A stretch of DNA of 64,000 nucleotides from Alphaproteobacteria bacterium (GTDB taxonomy: Bacteria > Pseudomonadota > Alphaproteobacteria > SP197). The DNA lies in the NCBI GenBank assembly GCA_964291415.2, contig OZ219920.1, forward strand, positions 1,216,001 to 1,280,000. The letters are read 5' to 3'. Shown here piece by piece: positions 11,494 through 21,613 of the stretch (its first letter is position 1; every line of letters starts with the position of its first letter). The translations under genes were made by a program, and so were the position numbers. Under the pieces are notes generated by a model. It made no database searches, had not been told where the DNA came from, and saw only the letters and a list, made by a program, of their open reading frames with translations.

Positions 11494-12462
11494 GTGTCTG
11501 ATGACCTGCGCCTTCTGGTTCTGGCCGAAGACCCCGATGTCGTCGTGTCCGCCATCGAATCCCGGTTCTCCGGACTGCGGATGACCACGGTGGCGGACTT
11601 CGACATGCTCGGCGAGGCCATCGGATGCGATCCCCATGTCGCCTACACCGAGCGATTCAGGCCTGGTCCCTTCCCGCGCGACATCCTGTTCAGCCAGCCG
11701 TCCCTCAGGTTCGTTCATGCATCGGGGGTTGGGGTCAATCACCTTGTTCCCTGGGATCCGGCGCAGGTGGACGTGTGCAACGCCGCTGGCGTTCAGGATG
11801 AGGCAATGGCCCAGTTTGCCATTGCCCGGCTGATCGCCATGACCTGCCACTTCTTCCGCTATCACGATCAGCAGAAGCGAAGGATCTGGAAGGGGCACGA
11901 TGCCCTGCGCTCGACGGGAGGAACGCTGACCGTCGTCGGCCTCGGCAGGATCGGAAAGGCCTGTGCGCGGATCGCGGGAGCACTGGGCATGACAGTCCAT
12001 GGCGTCAAGGCCCGAGTGGAAGCCGTACCGGGAGTCTCACGCGTGGTGGGACCCGATGACATCAACGATGTTCTCTGCCTTTCGGATTACGTGATCATCG
12101 TCACACCACTCACCGAGGCCACGCGGGGCCTCATCGGACCAGAGGCCATCGCCGCGATGAAACCCGGTGTCATGATTCACAACATGTCGCGTGGCGGGGT
12201 GGTGGACGAAACGGCGCTTGTGGAAGCCCTGCGAAGCGGTCATGTGGGGGCCGCATCCCTGGATGTCTTCGAAACCGAACCGTTGCCCGCAACGAGCGTG
12301 CTCTGGGAGATGGAGAATGTGCACATCACGCCGCACAACGGAATCATGATGACCTGGGGCGACTACATCCACGACGCCATCGAGGTCTTCATGGCAAACC
12401 TCGACCGCTACATCAACGGTATCGCGCTGAAGAATGTCGTCGATCCCTCCAGGGGCTACTGA
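11494..12462 (+). CDS. D-2-hydroxyacid dehydrogenase
   Basis: VGLGRIG, NMSRGGVVDE, LDVFETEPLP and ITPH. Confidence 0.9.
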   Translation: MSDDLRLLVLAEDPDVVVSAIESRFSGLRMTTVADFDMLGEAIGCDPHVAYTERFRPGPFPRDILFSQPSLRFVHASGVGVNHLVPWDPAQVDVCNAAGVQDEAMAQFAIARLIAMTCHFFRYHDQQKRRIWKGHDALRSTGGTLTVVGLGRIGKACARIAGALGMTVHGVKARVEAVPGVSRVVGPDDINDVLCLSDYVIIVTPLTEATRGLIGPEAIAAMKPGVMIHNMSRGGVVDETALVEALRSGHVGAASLDVFETEPLPATSVLWEMENVHITPHNGIMMTWGDYIHDAIEVFMANLDRYINGIALKNVVDPSRGY

Positions 12463-13590
12463 TCACGCCTGCAGCCAGGCCAGGGCAATGCGCCGGTAGA
12501 GTTCGACTGCCCTTTCGACATCGCTCACCATGACGTGTTCATCGGTCCTGCCACTCATGCCGAGGCGCCCCGGACCGATGATGACCATGGGAAGATCAAA
12601 GGCAGGCGACAGGACTGCTGCGTCGGAATAGTAGGATGCGCCGCCAGGTTGAGCCGGCATTCCACGTTCAGCCGAGACCACGTCAAGGCACAGGTGTGCA
12701 AAGGGATGATCGCGCGCAGTCTCGACCGCCGGCTTGTGATCGAGGCGCTCGAGTTCGAGGTCACGGCCGACATGATCGAGAATGTGCCTTTCTACCTCGT
12801 CGGCCACCATGCCCGGCAGCGTGCGGATGTCGATGTCGATTTCGCACCTGTCCGGGGTCAGGTTCACCACCGTTCCGCCCTCGATGCGTCCTGCGCTCAC
12901 GGTCGGCAGACCAAGAAGGGGATGCGGGCAAACGTCGAAACTCAGTGTACGCAGGTCGCACAGAACGTCGGTCATGCGTTCGATGGCGCTGCCGCGGGAT
13001 CCCTCCTCGGCCGACGGATGCCCCGATGACCCATGGGCGGTCAGACGCAGCCACAGGGCGCCCTTCTCCGCCAGCAGCACCTCCATCGACGACGGTTCGC
13101 TCACGAGCAGTGCTCCTGCGCCTTCCAGAGCGCGGGACCGAGAGAGTTCTGCTGCACCGAGACAGTTCGAGCTCTCCCCGGCGGTGAAGGCAAGCACAAG
13201 GTCACCGGTGAGCACCGCCGGTCCGGCCGCGAGTGATTCGGCGGCGACGATCATCGCCGCCATGCCGCTCTTCATGTCGGCTGCACCGCGGCCGTGAAGG
13301 GCGCCATCGACGATCTGCGCACCGAAGGGATCGTGGGTCCATTCTTCGTTGCCAAGCGGAACGGTGTCGAAGTGAGCGGAGAACACGAGAGCGGGCCGTT
13401 CTCCCCTCCCCTTGAGCCGTGCCACGACATTGGCCCGTCCGGAGGTGAATTCGTCGAGAACGCTGTCGATTCCGGCCCCCAGGAGACGATCGTGGACAAC
13501 TCGCGCCATGTCGATTTCGCAGCCAGGCGGATCGCGGGTGTCCATCCTGACCAGCGTCTGCAGAAGTTCCGTCACGCTGGACCGTTCCAT
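12463..13590 (-). CDS. M20 family (ArgE/DapE-like) metallo-deacylase
   Basis: FSAHFDTV, HGRGAADMKSG, VSEPS and IIGPG. Confidence 0.88.
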   Translation of the reverse strand: MERSSVTELLQTLVRMDTRDPPGCEIDMARVVHDRLLGAGIDSVLDEFTSGRANVVARLKGRGERPALVFSAHFDTVPLGNEEWTHDPFGAQIVDGALHGRGAADMKSGMAAMIVAAESLAAGPAVLTGDLVLAFTAGESSNCLGAAELSRSRALEGAGALLVSEPSSMEVLLAEKGALWLRLTAHGSSGHPSAEEGSRGSAIERMTDVLCDLRTLSFDVCPHPLLGLPTVSAGRIEGGTVVNLTPDRCEIDIDIRTLPGMVADEVERHILDHVGRDLELERLDHKPAVETARDHPFAHLCLDVVSAERGMPAQPGGASYYSDAAVLSPAFDLPMVIIGPGRLGMSGRTDEHVMVSDVERAVELYRRIALAWLQA

Positions 13591-13699
13591 GATCATCCCG
13601 CCTGCGTCATCCTGCGGGCACTCTGCCACGACACGTGCTCCTGACAAGACTGAAACGGCGGGATACGATGGACTCATCGTCGCCAGGAGGAGCGCAGTC

Positions 13700-15760
13700 A
13701 TGGCACGGGACAGCCGCTACGACATCCTCTTCAAGCCCATTGCCATCGGGCCGGTCACAGCTCCCAACAGATTCTACCAGGTGCCCCACTGCTCGGGCAT
13801 GGGATTTGCCCTTCCGCAGACCCTCAATGCCATGCGAGGGATCAAGGCCGAAGGCGGTTGGGGCGTCGTGTGCACCGAGTACTGCTCCATTGATCCTTCT
13901 TCAGATGATTTCGGTCACCACTACTGCACCCTGTGGGATGACGACGATGTCAGCGTTCAGGCCGCCATGGTCGAGGCGGTACACCGGCACGGATCGCTTG
14001 CCGGAGTTGAGTTGTGGCACGGCGGCTATGCCTCGAACAACGCTCTCACGCGGGTCATTCCGGCAGCTCCGATGTCCATGCCGGTGTGGCATGGCTTCAC
14101 GCAGACCAGGGCCATGGACAAGGCCGACATCCGGGAGTTCCGCCGTCTGCACCGGCTGTCGGCCCTTCGTGCCCGCGAAGCGGGATTTGATCTGGTCTAC
14201 GTCTATGCGGCGCACGGTTATCTTCCGGCCCAGTTCCTCTCGCCCGTCCAGAACCAGCGCTGTGACGAATACGGAGGCAGCTTCGAGAATCGGGCGCGGC
14301 TGATCCGGGAACTGCTGGAGGAGACCCGGGAGGCTGTCGGTGACCGGTGCGGCGTCGTGCTGCGCTTTGCCGTCGACAACCTCGATACCGACATGGGCAT
14401 CACGTGCGACGGCGAAGGACGTGATCTTGTCGAGTTCGTGGCCGAGCTTCCGGACCTCTGGGACGTCAATATCGCGAACTTTCCGGCCGACGCCCGTACC
14501 GCACGCTTCGCCGAAGAGGGTGCCCAGGAAGACTACATTGCCTTCGTCAAGCAGGTGACCACGAAGCCGGTTGTGGCGGTGGGTCGCTACACCTCGCCGG
14601 ACCGCATGGTGTCGGTCATCAACAAGGGACTCATGGATCTCATTGGCGCGGCCCGGCCATCGATCGCCGATCCCTTCCTCCCGGCCAAGATCCGTGACGG
14701 TCGCCTCGAGGACATCCGCGAGTGCATCGGCTGCAACATCTGCATCCTCAGCAACGGCCTGGGCGTGCCGTTGAGATGCACGCAGAATCCGACCATGGGC
14801 GAGGAATGGCGGCGTGGGTGGCATCCCGAGATCATTGCTGGGGCCTCGTCTGATGAGAAAGTGCTCGTGGTTGGCGCCGGACCTGCCGGACTTGAAGCGG
14901 CTCTCTCGGCCGGGCGCCGGGGCTACACGGTGGCGCTCGCCGAAGCCACCACCGAACTCGGAGGGCGGGTAAGCCGGGAGGCGACGCTGGCAGGCCTTTC
15001 GACATGGTCGCGGGTCAGGGACTGGCGACTGGGCCAGATCGACAAACTCCCCAACGTGGAGGTCTACCGGTCGAGCAGACTGAACGCCGAGCAGGTTCTG
15101 GAGTTTGGTTTCGGACACGTGTGCATCGCCACCGGCTCGACCTGGCGGCGCGACGGCACCGGACGCTCGAGCTTCTCACCATTCGAGGGGCATGACCTCG
15201 ACGGCGTCATCACGCCCGACGACGTCATGGAAGGAACGCCCGTCGACGGCCCGGTGCTGGTCTACGACGACGATCACTTCTACATGGGCGGTGTCATCGC
15301 CGAGACGCTCGCCGGACGCGGCGTTGACGTTGTGGTCGCCACCAGCTCCGGAATCGTGTCGCCCCTGTGTACCCATACACTCGACCAGGGACGCATCGAG
15401 GCCCGTCTCATCGAGATCGGTGTCGTCACCTTGACGTCGCGCCTGCTGCGCTCCTTCGATGGCAGCGAGGCGGTTCTTGCCCACGCATCGGGATCAAAGG
15501 ATGTCACGATTCCCTGCAGAAACATCGTCGTCGTCACGTCCCGCCAGCCTGCGGATGGCCTGTGGAGGGCGGTCATGGCCCGCCAGGCGAAGCATGACGG
15601 CGCCGGCCTGAAGAGCGTGCGCCGCATTGGAGACTGCGAGGCGCCGCAGACCATCGCCGCGGCAGTCCACGCCGGCCACCTCTATGCCAGGACTCTCGAT
15701 ACGGTGGATCACGTGAAGCGCGACCGGGTCCTGGTGGCGCCAGGCGGGGGCACTTCCTGA
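13700..15760 (+). CDS. Trimethylamine/dimethylamine/histamine dehydrogenase-family flavo-Fe-S protein
   Basis: NRFYQVPHC (Cys for covalent FMN), TEYCSI, YVYAAHGY, CIGCNIC...CTQN and GEEWRRGWHPE. RBS AGGAGG. Confidence 0.9.
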   Translation: MARDSRYDILFKPIAIGPVTAPNRFYQVPHCSGMGFALPQTLNAMRGIKAEGGWGVVCTEYCSIDPSSDDFGHHYCTLWDDDDVSVQAAMVEAVHRHGSLAGVELWHGGYASNNALTRVIPAAPMSMPVWHGFTQTRAMDKADIREFRRLHRLSALRAREAGFDLVYVYAAHGYLPAQFLSPVQNQRCDEYGGSFENRARLIRELLEETREAVGDRCGVVLRFAVDNLDTDMGITCDGEGRDLVEFVAELPDLWDVNIANFPADARTARFAEEGAQEDYIAFVKQVTTKPVVAVGRYTSPDRMVSVINKGLMDLIGAARPSIADPFLPAKIRDGRLEDIRECIGCNICILSNGLGVPLRCTQNPTMGEEWRRGWHPEIIAGASSDEKVLVVGAGPAGLEAALSAGRRGYTVALAEATTELGGRVSREATLAGLSTWSRVRDWRLGQIDKLPNVEVYRSSRLNAEQVLEFGFGHVCIATGSTWRRDGTGRSSFSPFEGHDLDGVITPDDVMEGTPVDGPVLVYDDDHFYMGGVIAETLAGRGVDVVVATSSGIVSPLCTHTLDQGRIEARLIEIGVVTLTSRLLRSFDGSEAVLAHASGSKDVTIPCRNIVVVTSRQPADGLWRAVMARQAKHDGAGLKSVRRIGDCEAPQTIAAAVHAGHLYARTLDTVDHVKRDRVLVAPGGGTS

Positions 15761-16681
15761 TTGAGCGCGCCGCAGGCGCCCTCCCCCACCCGCAGCGCGC
15801 TGCTCTCCGGAAACGGGGCAGCGCTCGTTCTCGTGGTTGCCTGGGGCATGAACTTTCCCCTGATCGAGCAGTTGCTGGGTCACTGGGACATCCTCTCGAC
15901 GACCCTGTCGCGCCAGATCATCGGAGCCACTCTCCTCGTCATGTTGCTGTGGATACGCACGCGACGCTTCCCGATCCATCGTGCTCTGCCCTGGCGGCGC
16001 ATGACCATCCTGGGGTTCATGGGTCCGTTCTGCGCATCACTGCTGACCACGCTCGCCGTCTTCTCTGCCGGATCCGTTGCGGTTGCCATCGTCTATGCCA
16101 TGGCGCCCCTGATCGCGGCCGTGGTGGCCCGGGTGTTCTTCGCCATTTCGCCCGCCCGGGGCATCATCATCGGCATCGCTCTGGCGGTGACCGGCGGACT
16201 CGTTGTCAAGATCCACGAATTCTCCAATGCGAGCATGACGGGGGGCGAAGGATTCATGTTTCTCGCCCTGGTGACCTGGACGTGGCATTCGATCGCCGCA
16301 CAGAGGTGGCTCAAGGGCTTCAGCCAGACGGAGATCGCCGCCTACACCATCCTGCCGGGAAGCATCCTTCTCACAGTGGCTGTGTTCATCGCCTGGGCAT
16401 CGGGCCTCGCAACCCTCAACGCACCGTTGACCGAAACCACGATCGTTCTCGCCGTCGCCATCGGTGTTGTGCCGATCGCCCTCGGCAACCTTATGTGGCA
16501 CGTCGGGGTCAACAGGCTGGGCGTGACCCCCATGGCTCTGTGGGGAAACCTGGTGCCGGTAGCCGCCATTGGCCTCGCTGCCTGGTTCGGCGCCGTACCG
16601 CAACCCGCACAGATCGCCGGCGGCCTCATCATTCTGGCCGGTGTCGTCTACGCCCAGGTCGCGTCACTCAGACAGCCATAG
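15761..16681 (+). CDS. DMT/EamA family transporter
   Basis: About 10 hydrophobic segments, an N-terminal AWGMNF motif and C-terminal NLVPV...GGLIILAGV. Confidence 0.85.
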   Translation: MSAPQAPSPTRSALLSGNGAALVLVVAWGMNFPLIEQLLGHWDILSTTLSRQIIGATLLVMLLWIRTRRFPIHRALPWRRMTILGFMGPFCASLLTTLAVFSAGSVAVAIVYAMAPLIAAVVARVFFAISPARGIIIGIALAVTGGLVVKIHEFSNASMTGGEGFMFLALVTWTWHSIAAQRWLKGFSQTEIAAYTILPGSILLTVAVFIAWASGLATLNAPLTETTIVLAVAIGVVPIALGNLMWHVGVNRLGVTPMALWGNLVPVAAIGLAAWFGAVPQPAQIAGGLIILAGVVYAQVASLRQP

Positions 16682-16900
16682 GCGAGAATCTGCGGCTGCG
16701 CTTGACTGCCGCCAATCCGACAAGCACGTCACGGCCACCGCTCGAAGGCGCCAAGTGTGTCCAGCATGACTACGATCGGGCGTGAGTGGCAACCCGTCCC
16801 CTACGACAGTATTCTGCTACCCGCATGTGTCTCGGGACAGTGATCGATCCCAATCCGGGCTTGTAGCGCACGTCCCGAAAACCTGTGTGAGGCATGGGGA

Positions 16901-17887
16901 ATGACATCACTGACCCTCTGGCAAAACATCGAGTCTCGCCTCGACTCGTCGCTCAAGGGCTGGCGAGGTCGGATCGACGATCTTGACCAGCTGGCGGCAG
17001 TCGAAGCCAGGTTGGCCGGCCAGACATGGAGCGACAATGAGACCTTCAAGGGGCTGTTGCTTGCGGTGCTGTCCAGCAACACCGACTGGTCGAAGATCGA
17101 GCGAATTCAGGATGAGTTGGCACAACTGTTTTCAGAATTCGATCTCGAATCGTTTGCCGAACTTCCGGCCTGCGAGGTCGGCGACCGGTTGCTGCCTTGG
17201 TTTCTCAACCGCAAGGCGGGGTCGATGACCCTCAAGCGGAACCTCGTCAATCTCATCGACGCCGCACGGTTGCTGAACGAGCACAGCCGCAATCACGGCA
17301 CAGCGGAAAGCTATTTCACCTCACTCTTGCGACATGTTGACGGAGACCCCAAACAGGCGGCGCTTCTCTTGGGATGCCGAAGCGAGTACAAGCTCCCCGC
17401 ATTCGGGGTGGCGTTGGCTGCCGAGGCACTCAAGAACCTTGGCTTCGACGTGGCCAAGCCCGACCGCCACGTCATCCGAGCCGTCGCTTCCTTCGGGCTG
17501 GTGCCCTTCCGGAATTGGCCCGACAGAACCGGCAGGTCTTCGCCAGCTGTCTCCTCCAGAACTTCCTATCTGGCAGTCATGGGAGCCGTGCAGGATCTTG
17601 CGACGGCTGCCGGCTTGCCTGTGGTCATGGTCGACAACGCTATCTGGCTACTATGCGCAAGGAGTGGTCTTTACCTTAGCAATCCGGAACTCGCCGAGAT
17701 GGCTCGCGAGAGCCGAGATACGACGGAACGCGCACAGACCCTCGGCTCACTGATCCGTTCCTGGGCGGAAGAGCAGGACGACGGTGAGCAACGGGAAACC
17801 ATTGAAGCCCTCGTCGATGGCCTGGATCGCGAGCGACTATCCCTGCGGAAGCTCTTTCCCGAGGAGTCGAAGGGGCGGAGCTGGTGA
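16901..17887 (+). CDS. Hypothetical protein: HhH DNA-glycosylase-like domain fused to a C-terminal antitoxin-like segment
   Basis: HhH-like KLPAFGVALAAEAL followed by AKPDRHV, and VDNAIW. The tail LIRSWAEEQDDGEQRETIEALVDGLDRERLSLRKLFP resembles small proteins I recall upstream of this PIN subfamily. Confidence 0.6.
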   Translation: MTSLTLWQNIESRLDSSLKGWRGRIDDLDQLAAVEARLAGQTWSDNETFKGLLLAVLSSNTDWSKIERIQDELAQLFSEFDLESFAELPACEVGDRLLPWFLNRKAGSMTLKRNLVNLIDAARLLNEHSRNHGTAESYFTSLLRHVDGDPKQAALLLGCRSEYKLPAFGVALAAEALKNLGFDVAKPDRHVIRAVASFGLVPFRNWPDRTGRSSPAVSSRTSYLAVMGAVQDLATAAGLPVVMVDNAIWLLCARSGLYLSNPELAEMARESRDTTERAQTLGSLIRSWAEEQDDGEQRETIEALVDGLDRERLSLRKLFPEESKGRSW

Positions 17888-18330
17888 CGCGCACCATATT
17901 GCTTGACAGTGGTCCTCTTGGCTTGGTCACCAATCCCAGGGCGTCGTCGATAGCTGCAGATTGCGGGGATTGGGTCGTGAACGCAATCCGCCGCGGCGCG
18001 ACAGTGTTGGTGCCTGAAATTGCTGATTATGAGGTGCGCCGGGAACTCATCAGGGCGCAACGCGACGCTGGTCTTGCGCGCCTCGACGCATTCATCGAAC
18101 AAGTTGAATTCCTGCCCATTGAAACCGCCGCAATGCGCCGAGCCGCATCGTTCTGGGCCGAAGCGCGCCGACAAGGAAGACCGACTGCACCGGATCCTGC
18201 GCTCGATGGCGACGTGATTCTGGCTGCACAGGCAGCTATTCTCGACCGCACTGATGTCATCATTGCCACGACCAATGCGAGACACCTGTCACGTTATGTC
18301 CCCGCGGAACTCTGGACCAATATCACCTGA
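17884..18330 (+). CDS. PIN-domain (VapC-like) toxin
   Basis: ILLDSGPLG, VPEIADYEVRREL, ALDGDVILAAQA and IATTN. GTGA overlap with the upstream gene. Confidence 0.88.
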   Translation: MTRTILLDSGPLGLVTNPRASSIAADCGDWVVNAIRRGATVLVPEIADYEVRRELIRAQRDAGLARLDAFIEQVEFLPIETAAMRRAASFWAEARRQGRPTAPDPALDGDVILAAQAAILDRTDVIIATTNARHLSRYVPAELWTNIT

Positions 18331-18538
18331 GTTCCGGGCCAAGCAGTTTCCAGCCGTGCCACACGCGTCCGCCAACGCTCGCATCAGCAGCCCAGCGCAA
18401 CCGATGCCCACGGGAATGGCTGTCCTCGCCCGTGAGTTGTGTCTCTGTGCCGGATGCGTGTCCGACGCCGTCATCAGCTTCGGAGCCCCAAACACACGAA
18501 GTCCTCGATGACCGCGCGGGATGTGGGTTGCGCGGGAT

Positions 18539-19843
18539 TCAGTCGCGCATCAGTTTGCGGTCGGCACGCCTCATCCAGGCGGTGATGAGAGGCAGGAACC
18601 AGGGATTGCCACGGTAGAAGGGTATGGTACGGAAGGGTCTGTCCGTGAGTGCCGTCCTGGCGTCGCTGTCGCCGAGAATGCGCTGGGCCGTCTTGTGTCC
18701 GAGCCAGGTTCCCATCGGCACGCCGGACGCACACCAGCCCATGGCGTAGTGGATGCCGTCGGCAAATCCGTTGTGGGGCAGGAAGTCGAAGGGAAAGGCG
18801 ACCTGTCCGCTCCAGCAGTGTGTCAGTTTCGTTCCCTCGAGGTCCGGCACGACCCGCAGCAGCTCCCGATGAATCCGCTGCGCCTTGTCCGGGATCGATG
18901 TGCTCCCTTCTCCCGTGGTGCCGCCGAACAGCAACCTTGTCCCGTCCTCGGTGGGCCGCAACCACAGCGGTGAATTGCGGTTCTCGATCATCGGACGTCC
19001 CCGGGGCAGGACCTTCCTCATGAGAACCGGATCGATGGCCTCGGTGACGACGTTGAAGGCCTGGACCGGGACGACCCTGCGGCGATGCCAGGGAAGGGCC
19101 TTCGGCGTGTAGCCGTTGGTGGCGACCATGACGTCACGCGCCGCCACCCTGCCCTTCGGCGTGGAAACAACAAAACCCCTGCGTTGGCGTTCGACCCCGG
19201 TCACCGGACAGTATCCGATCACGGTCGCACCCTGGGCGCGGGCGCGGTCGAGCAGGCCCTGGTGGTACAGTCCGGCATGGATGAGGCCGTTGCCGTGCAG
19301 CACCTGGCCACCGTGGTAAAGATCGCTTGCCACCTCTTCTTTCAGCTTGTCGGGCGAGATCATGTCGGCCTCCACCGGAACCCCGTCGGCCTCCATCATC
19401 TCGAGGTCGCGTTCAAGCTTCTCGTACACCTTCCTCGAGGGTGCGGTGATGAGACGGCCCGTGTTCTGGTAGAAGCAGGCAATCTGCTCGTCGCGAATGA
19501 GGCCTGCCGCAAAGTCGTGAGCCGTGGCGGCCTCGCGGGCAATGTCACCGGCAGCCTCCCGGCCGATGCGCCTGACCATGTCGCCGTACTTGAACCACAC
19601 CGTGCGGCCGAGGTAGCCGGCATTGCGGGTGCTGGCGCCGTGACCTGCGGCCTCGGCATCGAGGACGAGAACATCCCGGCCCCCTCGCGCCAGGGTGAGT
19701 GCCGCCGACAGTCCGACATTGCCGGAACCGATGACCACGACATCCGTGCTGTCAGGTGGCGCCGACTCGTCGAGCCGGGGGCGCGGCGCGAGATCCCACC
19801 AGTACGATGCTTCCTTGAAACCCTGCGCGAACATGTCCTGCAT
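18539..19843 (-). CDS. FAD-dependent oxidoreductase (DAO / PuuB-like amine oxidase)
   Basis: SYWW, DVVVIGSGNVG, GASTRNAG, VATNGYT and HCWSG. Confidence 0.88.
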   Translation of the reverse strand: MQDMFAQGFKEASYWWDLAPRPRLDESAPPDSTDVVVIGSGNVGLSAALTLARGGRDVLVLDAEAAGHGASTRNAGYLGRTVWFKYGDMVRRIGREAAGDIAREAATAHDFAAGLIRDEQIACFYQNTGRLITAPSRKVYEKLERDLEMMEADGVPVEADMISPDKLKEEVASDLYHGGQVLHGNGLIHAGLYHQGLLDRARAQGATVIGYCPVTGVERQRRGFVVSTPKGRVAARDVMVATNGYTPKALPWHRRRVVPVQAFNVVTEAIDPVLMRKVLPRGRPMIENRNSPLWLRPTEDGTRLLFGGTTGEGSTSIPDKAQRIHRELLRVVPDLEGTKLTHCWSGQVAFPFDFLPHNGFADGIHYAMGWCASGVPMGTWLGHKTAQRILGDSDARTALTDRPFRTIPFYRGNPWFLPLITAWMRRADRKLMRD

Positions 19844-19959
19844 GGCCTTGAATCCCCGGGTACTGCAAGCCGCCGCCATCGCACAAGGAGAGTGGTGGCG
19901 CCTCCCCTGCCGATTGATATGATCCGCGCAACGCGGCTCGATCATGGGAGGAGAAAGCG

Positions 19960-21594
19960 ATGCTCTCCGGGAGAATGATGGACAGGCCCCTGCTGGTCAG
20001 CGACATTCTACGCCATGCCGCCGAGGCATTCCCAGTATCCAGGATCATTTCCCGCACCGTGGAAGGGCCAATTCACCGCTACACCTATGCCGATGCACTC
20101 CGGCGAACCGCCGGACTGGCCCATGCGCTCGGACAACTCGGCATCGGCCCCGGCGACCGTGTCGCCACCATTGCCTGGAACACCTATCGGCACTTCGAGC
20201 TCTACTACGGCGTCTCCGGCATTGGCGCCGTCTGTCACACCATCAATCCGCGATTGTTCGCCGACCAGCTCGACTACATCGTCAACCATGCCGATGACAG
20301 GGCAATCTTTGTCGATCTCGACCTTGTGCCGCTCGTCGAGCAGCTCGCCGACAGGTTTTCCGGGGTGCGTCATGTCGTCGTCATGACCGACCGGGGGCAT
20401 ATGCCTCGTACGTCTCTCAAGCAAGCTCTTTGTTACGAGGAACTGCTTGAAGGCATGCCGGAAACGTTCGACTGGCCCTGCCTCGACGAAAACACCGCGG
20501 CGGCGATGTGCTACACGTCGGGCACCACCGGCAATCCCAAGGGATCGCTCTACAGCCATCGCTCCACCGTCCTCCACGCCATGGGGGTCCTGGCGCCGGG
20601 CATCCTTCCTCTCAACCGCAAGGCCGTGGTCATGCCTGTGGTGCCGATGTTCCATGTCCAGGCCTGGGGGCAGCCCTACGCAGCCCCGATCTGCGGGGCG
20701 TCATTGGTCCTTCCCGGTGCAAAACTCGATGGCGAAAGCCTCCATCAACTGATGGAATCCGAAAGCGTGACACTGGCGCTGGGCGTGCCCACCATCTGGC
20801 TGGGTCTGCTGGCCTGGCTGCGCCAGGCCGGCGAGAGGCTCACGACCGTTGGCCATCTCGTGACGGGTGGTTCTGCAGCCCCACCCACCATGTTCAAGGC
20901 CTGGGAGGAAGAGTACGGCATCGAGGTCCTGCAGGGCTGGGGCATGACGGAAACCAGTCCCGTGTGCGCCTGTGGTGCCTATGGCAGCGCCCTCGATGCT
21001 GCCGATGGTGACGAACGCTACGCGCACAGACTGCGCCAGCAACGCGTCTTCGGAGTCGAACTGCGCCTCGTCGATGACGACGGCCGGCCAGTGCCCGCCG
21101 ACGGCGTCTCCCAGGGGGAACTCCAGTGTCGCGGTCCCTGGATCATCGACAGTTACTACAATGATGATGCAGCGAGTGCAGCAGCCATCACCGATGACGG
21201 CTGGTTCCGAACAGGCGACGTGGCGACGCTTGCCCGTGAGAGCATGCTGCAGATCACGGACCGCACGAAGGACATGATCAAGTCCGGCGGCGAGTGGATC
21301 AGTTCCATTGATCTTGAGAGTGAGGTGATGAGTCACCCGGCGGTCGCCGAGGCCGCGGCCATCGCCATGCCCCATCCACGCTGGCAGGAACGCCCGATGC
21401 TGGTCATCGTCCTCAACCCCGACCAGACTGCGGACTCCGGCGATATCCGCCGCCACCTTGAGGGACGAATCGTAAAATGGTGGATGCCGGACGAGATCGT
21501 GTTCGTGGACGACCTTCCCCACACGGCGACCGGAAAGGTCTCGAAACTGCAATTGCGTGAACGTTTCCGCGATCATGTCCTGCCCACCGCCTGA
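19960..21594 (+). CDS. Acyl-CoA ligase (DmdB/AlkK-like)
   Basis: [35 protein letters not shown] and TGKVSK. Confidence 0.92.
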   Translation: MLSGRMMDRPLLVSDILRHAAEAFPVSRIISRTVEGPIHRYTYADALRRTAGLAHALGQLGIGPGDRVATIAWNTYRHFELYYGVSGIGAVCHTINPRLFADQLDYIVNHADDRAIFVDLDLVPLVEQLADRFSGVRHVVVMTDRGHMPRTSLKQALCYEELLEGMPETFDWPCLDENTAAAMCYTSGTTGNPKGSLYSHRSTVLHAMGVLAPGILPLNRKAVVMPVVPMFHVQAWGQPYAAPICGASLVLPGAKLDGESLHQLMESESVTLALGVPTIWLGLLAWLRQAGERLTTVGHLVTGGSAAPPTMFKAWEEEYGIEVLQGWGMTETSPVCACGAYGSALDAADGDERYAHRLRQQRVFGVELRLVDDDGRPVPADGVSQGELQCRGPWIIDSYYNDDAASAAAITDDGWFRTGDVATLARESMLQITDRTKDMIKSGGEWISSIDLESEVMSHPAVAEAAAIAMPHPRWQERPMLVIVLNPDQTADSGDIRRHLEGRIVKWWMPDEIVFVDDLPHTATGKVSKLQLRERFRDHVLPTA

Positions 21595-21613
21595 TCAATC
21601 GACAAGGACCGCC

